Position numbers and translations under genes: made by a program. Of a stretch of 64,000 bases of DNA, positions 35,565 through 45,576 are shown piece by piece. The stretch is from Oikopleura dioica. Lineage: Eukaryota > Animalia > Chordata. The stretch spans positions 9,362,001 through 9,426,000 of the forward strand of contig OU015568.1 of the NCBI GenBank assembly GCA_907165135.1, read 5' to 3'. The notes beneath the pieces are model-generated. The model was given only the letters and a program-made list of their open reading frames with translations, did no database searches and had not been told where the DNA came from. Numbering within the stretch: position 1 is the stretch's first letter; each line of letters starts with the position of its first letter.

Positions 35565-36158
35565 TTTTGTCCGATCAATTTTTTATGAGAAAATCGTAAC
35601 AAAATCGGGCTTTATGAAAAGCGCTGTTGCGCAAACTGGGGGTCATCGAGGGTCTTATTCATTGAAAGCTAGAATTTGCGGTCGCCCAAGAGTGGATGAG
35701 TCAAAGCACTACAAACTGGAGTGCCTCCAAGCTCTTTTTAGGCTTGACCGAGTTTTATATGAACTGTAAAGCGAAGATTGCGTCTTGATCTGTTATCAGG
35801 GCTCATAACCTCGTTTCCAGGGTCATTCAAGCGATAACAAAAGCTGCTTTCGATTACTTTTACTGGTTAGCTTCGAAATCTTCCCAATTATCCTCGTAAA
35901 ACGAGCTTTGTTCTGTCAAATTATCTCTTATTTTCGTTGACATAACAAGATTTCTCGAGTAAGAATAAATGCTACAGAAAAGTACTGAATCCAGATCCAT
36001 AGTCTTATCGTGTTAGATGAATAGAAGGGCGTTGTTCTTAAAACAGGAAATGAACAAAAATATTCTGATCAAAGAAATATGAAAGAATTGAATTTTTGAA
36101 TAATGTTTGTATTGAACTTTTTGGAAAAAATATGAACAGTTGGGAAAAAGCAATAAAA

Positions 36159-37004
36159 TTAGAACATGGCAAGCATGTCAGAAAGAGAAAGTCGTTTAGC
36201 AGGAGTAGGGTGGAAGATTTGGTCGAAAATCGATCGCATTTCTTTTCGAAGATGTTTTTCAGCAATGAAGTTTCGGATGACTCGGTTGTTCTCAAATTTC
36301 CATGTTCCGGTGAGCAAAACGTAGAGAAGAGCTCCTAGCGCCCAGGAGTCAGCTGATTCGGTTGAAGAAACACCAGTAGTGAAGATTTCTGGTGCCCAGT
36401 AGTCGGGAGTTCCTCGAGGAGTGGAGGATTCGCTTGTCATAGAAGCGCAGCCGAAATCGATGATGAAGATTTGAAGAGTTTCAGGATCGATGAGGATGTT
36501 CTCGTCCTTGATATCACGGTGGGAGATGCCAACGGCTTTCATTTCGTCGACGGCTTCGACAACTTGTTTGAAGATGAAGAGAGCAGCTTCTTCGGAAAGA
36601 GCGCCGTGTTCGCGGACGAAATCGAAGAGGTCAGTGACGTTATCGACTTTTTCCATGACGAGGACGAAAGACGATTTTCGCTCGAAGAAGTCGATTGGCT
36701 GGACGACGGCTGCGGAAGCTTCGGCGGCTTTGAACTGGAAGTAGATTTCGGAAGGAACTTGACGACCGTCCATGGCGATGTATTCGGAGACGCAGGTCTT
36801 TGGAATTTGCTTGATGATGACAGCTTCGCCAGTTGAAATATCGAAACCAGAGTAGACGATGCCATTGGCGGATTTGATGATTTCTTCCTCGATGGTGAAG
36901 CTTTTCGAAAATCGTTTAGCATCGGCAGCGATGATTTCAGATTTGTTGAAAGTGAAAATTTCTTCTTCGGAAGTGTATCCGGATTCGATAGAGTGTTGAG
37001 ACAT
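36159..37004 (-). CDS. PIM-family-like Ser/Thr kinase, intronless
   Basis: VIIK, VPSEI, LVMEKVDNVTDLFDF (PIM-type hinge), HRDIKDENIL, DFG, GTPDYWAPE. The Gly-loop is degenerate (KSANGIVY). Confidence 0.88.
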   Translation of the reverse strand: MSQHSIESGYTSEEEIFTFNKSEIIAADAKRFSKSFTIEEEIIKSANGIVYSGFDISTGEAVIIKQIPKTCVSEYIAMDGRQVPSEIYFQFKAAEASAAVVQPIDFFERKSSFVLVMEKVDNVTDLFDFVREHGALSEEAALFIFKQVVEAVDEMKAVGISHRDIKDENILIDPETLQIFIIDFGCASMTSESSTPRGTPDYWAPEIFTTGVSSTESADSWALGALLYVLLTGTWKFENNRVIRNFIAEKHLRKEMRSIFDQIFHPTPAKRLSLSDMLAMF

Positions 37005-37376
37005 TTTTAATCTTTTTGGCTTTTGTTTTGTTTTTGTGATAATTCTCACAGACAGGAGATTGCTTATATAGATGGGCAGAAAAGGGCGCCAGAGTCAACT
37101 GGTGGCAATCAGGTCAACCCAGGTGAACAATCAGGTCAAAGCGCCTATTCCGCGAAGGGAAACTGATGACCAGCTGACATTATTTCAGGCTTTCGCTCGC
37201 GGCGCAACCACTTTGAAAGTTACGGCTTCTCTTTGGTCTTTGTGGGTAAGTATTGTTAATAAGTACTTTTGACAAAACACGATAAACAACTTTGTAATAC
37301 ACAGAATGAAAATATTTTCGCAGGGAATATTTATTTATAAAAAGTTTAGTACTTATTTGAATTCTTCTTCTTTCTT

Positions 37377-40300
37377 TTATGCAAGAAAATGTGCTAAAAA
37401 GATGAGCAAAACAGAGGTGAAAATTCCGTTAGATCTAGCACTGTTTTCATCATCAGAATCTGTTGTTGTGCTCGCAATGGTGGAGGTTGTTGTTGAAGAT
37501 GTAGCTGTTGTTTCCACACCAACAATCAGATCAGGACTGACAATGGACCATTCGGTACTGATTTTAATTCCGCTCAACTCAATGGTAACTGTATTTCCGG
37601 AAAAAGTCGAGCTGACAGGTTGACCATTGACCAAAACAGTTGTTAAGCGGCGTTCAACGCCAACAATGACGAGTTTTTCAATGTCAAGATCGTCTTCTTT
37701 ACCCGCAACGCAGCGTTTTGTACAGAATGAAGTGAACTCACCATTGATAGGGTTGAAATTGAATTTCATGTAATTGTCTCCCTCTTCATTGAGTAATCCC
37801 ACTCCATTGTCGCGGAAGATCGCCCCTTCTCTAAGCTCTGTTGGCTTGACCTTGTCCATGAAGTAAGTGATTGTAATTGGATTGAATCGTTGAGCAACAG
37901 TTGTTACCTCCGGAGTCTGAGAAGTGAGGAAAGTACCGCCTCGGGCGTAGAGAGGAATCGTCATCATGTCTGCCTGGATAAGTTTTGTCTTTCCTGAGCC
38001 AACGATTTCTTCGTAACTGTGGTAATCATACCAGGACGCGTTAGCGGGGAAGTAGACAGCTCGACTGACTGCATTTTCTTCCAGCACCGGGGCGATCATG
38101 AAGCCACGTCCCCAAAGAAATTGGTCCGAGCAGTCAGCTGCGTTCCTGTCAAAAGGGAATTCGGCCATCAACGATCGTACAGTTGTACTGCCAAACTGAT
38201 TAGACTCGTACATAATAGTTATCAAACTTGGAATAAGGGAGTATCTGATAAGAAGTGCATTTCGCGTCGATTCGATCATGTCATCGTCAAAAGCGGTCGG
38301 ATGCTGGTCAGCCCATCCAATTGCATTATGATTTCTCGAGTAAGGGTAAAAGGCTCCAAGCTGCTGCCATCGCTGACACAATTGTGGAGTTGTCTGGAGA
38401 AAAAATCCGCAAATATCAGCTCCAGTAAAAGCAAAACCAAAGAGCGAGTACTCAAGCATGCTGATGATACTCCATTTCATCTGGGACCACGTACTTTGAT
38501 TGTCGCCGAACCAGTGACCTGCAACACGGCCGGTACCGGCAAACTGCGATCTGGTCAGAATAAAGCTTCGTCTATCGGGGTACAATGCTTTTAAAGTTTT
38601 ATCCGTCACCAGATTCATCGAATGGCCGTAAAGTGAATGCACATCATAGTGTTTTCCCCAAGCCTGAACTCCATCCATACAAAGTGTCCCCGCAAAAAGA
38701 CCTTTTTCTGCACCAAGAATGTTAGGAATGAAAGGCGGGTTGCTCCATTTATCCAGGCATTGTTGAGGAGGATCATCTCGGGCATTGTTGAAATTGCTTG
38801 GTTCATTCATGTCAATCCAGAGAGCAGCAAAATTGACACCTTCATCATCAAGAAATCTTCGGCATTCATCAGTCCACCACGGCTCAGTTTTGTTTATATC
38901 CGTGAAATCAGGGAAAAGAGTCAAACCAGGCCAGACTCTAGCTTGAGCAGGAGTTCCGTCAGGATTTCTTATCCAGACATCAGCCGCTTTGGCTCTTGCG
39001 TAAGATGGATACTCGGCCTCAGTGTACTCTTTCTTCGTATCAGGGTTAATATTCGCAATTGCAGGATCAAGAATAAGGATGAAGTGCATGTTGTGATCTT
39101 CCAAAAGTTCTTTTGCGAAATCAGCTAGTCCGCTAAATTTATCCGGATCGATGGTGAAGTCTTTCTTTCCATCCATGTAGTCAATGTCAGCATATTGGGC
39201 CTCAAGTGGGATTTTAGCAGCGATCATTTCATTGACAACTTTTTTCATTTCATCGACAGAGTTGTATCCCCACCGACTGAGATGAAATCCTAGAGACCAT
39301 TGGGGAGGCAAAAATGGCTTTCCTACGATTTGAGATGTGTAAACTTGAACGAGTTCTTCAGCAGAATCAGCCACAACGATCGAAATGTCAAAAATGCCTC
39401 CAGTTGAGCGCCAGGTAATCGCCGGTTTCGGAGAGAACTGGGCCTCCTGAGCGTTCGAGTTGTGAAAGTAAACCCCAAAGAAGGAATTGCCCTCGCCGCA
39501 CATGAAAAATGGCTGAGCGCCGTAGAGGTTCTTTTCGCCAAACGTCAAAGCATTATCTCGAGTAAACATCGGCCATCGATACCAATTAAGACTGTGTCTA
39601 AATCGTCGGTGATTATGTTCACCGAGACCGTAGCAATTGGAGGATCCGAGAGCGAAGCTGGTCTCCAAATATTGATCTTCAAAGATCAACGGGCCATGAG
39701 AAGAGTCGATTAAATCTTGTCCATCTCGAGAAATTTTAAAGAAAAATCGGTCGTTGACATGTCCGTATTCAACAGAATAATCAGATTCAGATGTAGTGCC
39801 CTCAAATGGGAGTTGATGAATTTCAGCTTCATCTGGGATTTCGAATCGACCCTCGGCGGAAATCTTCATTCGGAAAGCGTTTTTCGACAGCTTTACCATA
39901 GTGACTTGGGGATTTGTAACAGGTTCCGAGAATTTGCTGATAGAATTGAGCTCAGCAGGTCTGTTGAGTGAAAAGGACTCGCTGGGGCTAGTCAAAGCTC
40001 CGAATTTCGAAGATATGTATCCGTGGTTAATTATCGAAGAATTATGAAAACACGAAGGAGCATCGGGTGTTGATGGTAATTCTGACCAAGTGCATCCTCT
40101 TTCGGCACATTCATCTGGACCAATGTCTTTTTGGCCTGGAGTACAGTCAACTCGATCGTTGACATCTCCGACCACTATGCTGATATCAAACTGTTGGATT
40201 ATGCTCAGTTTGACGAATCCATCCTTGATGACCAGTCTTTTTGATTCTTTTTGTTCCCATGCTTCTTTTTCTAGCGCTTTACCGTTAATGAAGACATCGC

Positions 40301-40658
40301 TGACTGTACCATCAAGACCGTTGATTTGAAAATGAGTGAACTCAAGTGGATGCTTGGTTCCATATTCTTCGTGAATCTCTGTGTCGATTCCTCCCATCTT
40401 GACAGATGATTGGAGCTGATTATGGTGGAAGTCGAATTCAACAAGAGTGTACTCACCCTTTTTGAGTGGATCGATATAATTGCCTGAATCCCTGTAGAAA
40501 TCGCCAGTAGCTTTTCCATCTTCGTCAATGTTAACTTTGAGGCCGAGTGCGTTCACTCGCGAGTAATCTTCAATTGTTTCTATTTTATTTTCATGCTTCT
40601 TTATCTGGCTCAACGATCCGTATGCCGCAACAGCTAGAAGGCTGCTGGACAACCTCAT
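37377..40658 (-). CDS. GH31 alpha-glucosidase (GAA/MGAM/SI-like) with trefoil domain, intronless, probably GPI-anchored
   Basis: 1093-aa ORF: signal peptide, trefoil (CTPG..CAERGCTW..CF), DIDYMD, WIDMNEP, HWFGDN, GADICGF, RWQQLGAFYPYSRNHN, Thr-rich stalk, hydrophobic C-terminus. Confidence 0.95.
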   Translation of the reverse strand: MRLSSSLLAVAAYGSLSQIKKHENKIETIEDYSRVNALGLKVNIDEDGKATGDFYRDSGNYIDPLKKGEYTLVEFDFHHNQLQSSVKMGGIDTEIHEEYGTKHPLEFTHFQINGLDGTVSDVFINGKALEKEAWEQKESKRLVIKDGFVKLSIIQQFDISIVVGDVNDRVDCTPGQKDIGPDECAERGCTWSELPSTPDAPSCFHNSSIINHGYISSKFGALTSPSESFSLNRPAELNSISKFSEPVTNPQVTMVKLSKNAFRMKISAEGRFEIPDEAEIHQLPFEGTTSESDYSVEYGHVNDRFFFKISRDGQDLIDSSHGPLIFEDQYLETSFALGSSNCYGLGEHNHRRFRHSLNWYRWPMFTRDNALTFGEKNLYGAQPFFMCGEGNSFFGVYFHNSNAQEAQFSPKPAITWRSTGGIFDISIVVADSAEELVQVYTSQIVGKPFLPPQWSLGFHLSRWGYNSVDEMKKVVNEMIAAKIPLEAQYADIDYMDGKKDFTIDPDKFSGLADFAKELLEDHNMHFILILDPAIANINPDTKKEYTEAEYPSYARAKAADVWIRNPDGTPAQARVWPGLTLFPDFTDINKTEPWWTDECRRFLDDEGVNFAALWIDMNEPSNFNNARDDPPQQCLDKWSNPPFIPNILGAEKGLFAGTLCMDGVQAWGKHYDVHSLYGHSMNLVTDKTLKALYPDRRSFILTRSQFAGTGRVAGHWFGDNQSTWSQMKWSIISMLEYSLFGFAFTGADICGFFLQTTPQLCQRWQQLGAFYPYSRNHNAIGWADQHPTAFDDDMIESTRNALLIRYSLIPSLITIMYESNQFGSTTVRSLMAEFPFDRNAADCSDQFLWGRGFMIAPVLEENAVSRAVYFPANASWYDYHSYEEIVGSGKTKLIQADMMTIPLYARGGTFLTSQTPEVTTVAQRFNPITITYFMDKVKPTELREGAIFRDNGVGLLNEEGDNYMKFNFNPINGEFTSFCTKRCVAGKEDDLDIEKLVIVGVERRLTTVLVNGQPVSSTFSGNTVTIELSGIKISTEWSIVSPDLIVGVETTATSSTTTSTIASTTTDSDDENSARSNGIFTSVLLIFLAHFLA

Positions 40659-40978
40659 GCTGATTTAAAAAAATCGAAATTCAATTGTGTTTCTAATGAG
40701 CAGATACGCCAGTGAAGCAAAGTTTTTATCAGCACCGTACAAGTTAGCAAATATAAGCAGATGTCGTTTGTTTTTCAATGGATTAACGATGTTTATTTAT
40801 TGTTACATTTCAATAACGGCTTTCATTATCAAATTCAGGAAACTTGCAAAAACTCTTCCTTGATTTCATCTATACTCAAAGATTGAGTGTATCAAGTTCA
40901 TGGTAATGAAATATTCTAGAATTAAGCTATGATCATCTTTGATTATTTATTGCTTCTCTGTATCATTGATACAGTATC

Positions 40979-43900
40979 ATGTCATCTACTGAACCAAGCA
41001 CTCGAAAATCGCGACTAGAGAAAAAGAAAGAAAGCAAGCGCGATCTGGCAGATCGACTTCTAAAATACGCGGTTTTGCCAAACGACGATTGGAGTAGATC
41101 TCCAGATGGAAGGATGACCCACCGATCCGTTTCTCACAATTCTCTTGATCGGAGCCAGTCTAGTCGAAGATCGTTTTCAGCATCTGTTTCTCAAGAAAGT
41201 GATCAAAGATGGCAAAGACAAAGCTTACCTAAAACCCCAAAACGAGTCGAGTCTCTTAGGAATTGATCTTACCGTCTTGTTTATATATCATTCCTACAGA
41301 TAGAAGAACAGTAAGATCATCGTTTAGCACTATTCGTCAGCCTCGGCCTTCAGGCGGGACAAGTCCAGATTTAGAGGCGCCAGAATACGAATACGTAGAC
41401 GGAACCAAGCCCAAAGAAAAAACAACCGGTGGCGGAGGAGGCGGGGTAAATGGCTCAATCGTTGCGATTAACGCGCAGCCAAGAGCAGCAATCGTGTTTG
41501 GCATCAATAATTTCCTTATCCTGGTCAGTTTGACATGGCATCCCATGTTGTTTAAATCGAAATCTGTTTCATTTAGATCGCTCTTATCGTTGGTTTCTCA
41601 ATTATTGGCACGCAGGTGAATACGATAAAGAACTTCCTTATGTAAGCAATTAGATAATTTATAAATTTAACGATAATTAATAAGACCCGAAAATGGAAAT
41701 GTAACGAATCCGCTTGAAATTCCACCTCGTTTAGGAAAGGTTCACAGAATAAAATAACAATTGTTTTTTCGACAATATGAGCCGAGAAAAGCTATCCAGC
41801 TCCGGGAATGTTCGATTCCAAAGCACGCCGATCCAGTCGTTTCTTATTGGTACAGAAAACCGGGAGAGACATCCGACTCGCAGCATTTATCAAATGGAGG
41901 GCGCTTGGAGAAATCCCTGAACATCACAGAAACGAGGAAGAAGAGTTCAGGTCAAGATCGACTGTGGGTAAGTCAAGACGGGCGAATTTTCGGCGGCGAT
42001 CCTGCGGAAATCGAAGACTACCCCTGGCAAGTGTCGATGCATAGTGCGGCGACGGGACACCAGTGTGGCGCCTCATTAATTACCACCAGATGGCTCCTGA
42101 CCGCGGCACACTGCCGCAAAGCTTCCGATGATCCAGCCGACTGGAAGGCTTTTTTCGGAATCAAATACCAGCCTAGCGTGGAAAGTTGCGCAAGTACCAA
42201 TTCTTGCGTCTTGGGCCAAGCTACTGTTGAAAAATTTTGCCTGTAATTAAAATGGTTTTTAATTTTCAATCGTAAAAAGGTGGACACTGGAGAGCAATAA
42301 ATGCGATTGTCTACAAACATCCTCAGTGGAATGAGGATACGTACCAAAACGACATCGCTCTGATGAGAATGACTCAAGATGTCCAGTGGACAGACAAGAT
42401 CATGCCAATCTGTATCGGATCTGCTTTTACTTCAGAAATAACTGGTGGAAGGAAAGAGTTCTGAAAGTCCATTATTGTCATTGATGTCTGTTTTTCGTAG
42501 ACATTTGGCTTTGAAGACTTCAGCATTAATCAAAACTTCTGAAAAGTCGCGTCCATGTTTCTGGTTTTGGAGACACTCAGGCAAGGTGTGTTTTCGAGAC
42601 GAGGAACATTGAGAGATCAACCGCAGAGATGATAATATTTAGTTTCTAAATCGCGGCCCGTACTGTTTGGAAGTAATCGGATCCAACTCCAAAACACGCC
42701 AACTTCAGAATCGAGACACTGACAATGGGGAGGAGTTCCAAAGCTCTCAAGTACTCAATTCGGTAGAAGTCGAATATATCGCGCAGGACACATGCCAGGA
42801 AGGGGAATTTCATGATGGCTTTCTGAAATTATGTCGCTTTCGAATAAATCTACCTAAAGGAATGATAAAAAATCGAAATCCCTTGCGTTTCAGGACTGGT
42901 ATGGCGAGGATCACACAATGCTGGATGATCAGCTCTGCGCTGGGCTGGAGTCAGGCGGCAAAGGAAGGTGCTCCCGCATCTGCCATTTTCGTTGACGCGG
43001 AGGAAAATTCTTCTGTCGAAAGTACTCGCCCGGGCGCATTCTTTTTCTACGTCAAGGCATTCGTGAGAGTTCTAGAGCAAAAACAATTCAATTGATTGCT
43101 TTTTAACGAGCTTATTAGAACCTAGTTTTCTTCATTCTTCATCGTCATATTATTGCACAATAGTCAATAGAAAACTATTTTCCACAATATATTTTTTTAT
43201 AAAAAGGGCCACCTCAGTCTGAGGCTAAGTGAGAGGCTTTGTGCGGTGGCGGATTGAAAGGGAGCATTTTTTAGATTCCTGTGTTGCGGATTCCGGCGGC
43301 CCTTTAGTCTCAGCTAAGCAGATTAATGGAGACGTCGTCTGGTTCCAGCTCGGAATTGGTAAACACTTTTTAGAACTCCCTTTAAAATTTATTGTATAAA
43401 ATTCAGTGAGCTTTGGATACAAATGCGGCGTGGCCAAGGAAAAGTTCATAAAAATACTTTATTTAACCTGTTCCCTCTGATTGAGCAATTTGGGCCCAAT
43501 TTGCGATGGGAGGATAATTAGTCTCGATTAAGGCTATAACCTCTCTTTTGGCCTCTCTGGAAAACGGACTTCCCTTGGTCGATTTCAAAAATATAAAAGA
43601 CAAATATACTTGTTTTCTCCTAAAAAATTCAAAAATGATATCAAAAAATACTTTTCGTCCGTAAATTTTTACTCTAGAATCATTCAAAAATCGCCATTCG
43701 GTTTTCCAAGAAAACTGGAAGCTCTGAGGTAAAATTAATCCGATAATAATATTAAATAGGGACAACTCTATGATCCCTATGGAAAAAATATCAAGAAATT
43801 GCCTAAATTATGATTATAGTTCTCTCTTCTTTTAAATCTCTTTTGTTTATAGACGAACGCTTGAGATCCACGCGGCCAATCAGAGCGCGATGAATCGCTT

Positions 43901-44499
43901 GACTCACACGCTCGCCAACAGCGCTCTCTTTTTGGCCTGGAGGATAGCACTCCGCGCAGCGCGTCCACGCGCATTTTTATCCTCAGGTGCCTGCACTAAC
44001 ATGGCGCTAGAATGAAAAATTGAATAGATATCGAAGATTTTTTCCATAGGGATTGTAGAGAAGGCTTTAATCTATTAATTGATCGAAAAAAATCTACCTC
44101 TGTAATGGTAAAATTCTTCGGAAAACCGAATGGCGTTTTTTAAATGATTATAAAGCCAAAATTTCAAAAGAAAAAATAATTTTTGATCGAATTTCTGAAA
44201 TCTACGATAGATTTTGAGTATATGAGCCTTTTTAATTTTTGAAATCGACCAAGGGAAGTCCGTTTTCCAGAGAGGCCAAAAGAGAGGTTATAGCCTTAAC
44301 CCGATTGAACCATAATCAAATCTTCTGAAAAAAAATTGTTTTGTGAACTTGAAAAAACAGGAGCCGGGAATATACGCCAGTACGAGTTACTTCGCCGACT
44401 GGATTGCTAAAGGAAGGATTTACATTTTTTACTGAATTCAATCCGTTTTTGGTCTAATTATAAACAGCCTCGGAAGTCGGGAATTTGGATTGCACCTGA
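40979..44499 (+). CDS. Type II transmembrane trypsin-like serine protease
   Basis: Cytoplasmic N-terminus, spliced TM IVFGINNFLIL|IALIVGFSIIG, activation site R-IFGG, LTAAHC, NDIAL, DSCVADSGGP, VSFG..C and PGIY..WI. Stop ends 44499. Confidence 0.9.
43532..44295. mobile_element. Non-autonomous TIR element with TTAA TSD and GG...CC ends (Kolobok-like MITE), intronic
   Basis: 61-bp perfect TIR GGCTATAACCTCTCTTTTGGCC...ATTTCAAAAAT with a diverged inverted extension of ~250 bp. TTAA at 43528-43531 and 44296-44299. Confidence 0.9.
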
Positions 44500-45576
44500 T
44501 TTCCCATTTTAGTCAATTAGAAATGCACCTCCTAGAACTGCAGCAGTAACAATTCTTTTCCATTTCAAAAACCTGTAATCGAGCGTTAATGAGTTGAGAA
44601 ACGAAAACTAACGTTTTTGAGTTTTTGAGAAAAGACTCAAACCTTTCCAAAAAACCATAATTGTAGCGTGCGCCAAAGTGGTTGGTCTTTTGAGTGGCGG
44701 TAAAGTGACCAGAAGTGATTATTTTCTACCTCATGTCTCTTCACTGATGACCCTGATGAGAATATTAGAACTCACGATATGATCGACCATTTGCTCGTTG
44801 CCCGTCAGATGACAAGGACACGGCGCAATTCGACCGAACCCCTCGCTTCTTGCACACTACCTCCTAAAAAAGGGGGAGTCCCTGGAAACTACTGAAAATC
44901 TCCGGCAGTGACATCACGTGGGGTCCATCCCGGAGACTTTGATTGACGATCGACATTGATGAACCCAAGATTGTTAAAAAAACTTATCGAAATCGAGCCC
45001 AAAACTACTGTCAATTTTCCAATCAGCTATCATTCCATGAGTTTTGGATCGAAAAGTTGACATTCTTGGGCTCGAATTCTGAAGTTTTAACTACAATCAT
45101 GGCTCCTCAATGTAGATTTCTAGTGATGAGCCTTCAGTAGAATACAGTTTTTTCTGTTATGATTTTAGAAAAGTCTTTTTAAAAAAATTCTTTTCCTCAT
45201 GTAAATCCTGAAACTCAGCAATCAGCCATTTCGAAGCGAACCACTAGAATCATGAATATTTTCCACTTTCTGCCACTTACTTTTGTGTACTTATTCGCTA
45301 CTTATTATCGCGGAAATCGTAATAAATAAGGCACTCGGTCGCCAATTTGGAATTTTGGAAAGTTTTCAGACCGGAACACCGGTAGTTTTTATAGCGAACG
45401 CGCGGAAAAATGTAACACTTCGTAAAAAAACGATGATTTCTGGCAATAATCCGATAAAAATGCGCCTCAGATCCGGTTCAGTCCCGCATCGTTCGGTTCT
45501 TATAAAAGCAATCGTCGATTGTGACAAATTATTCATTTGAACTTTTTTCGAAAAAAAGGTTCAACAAACGAGAAAA

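Noticed and set aside
36471-36922. Overlapping ORFs on the kinase
   Set aside because: Alternative-frame and antisense shadows of a codon-biased CDS. The same applies to ORFs overlapping GH31, PDS5 and DDX1.
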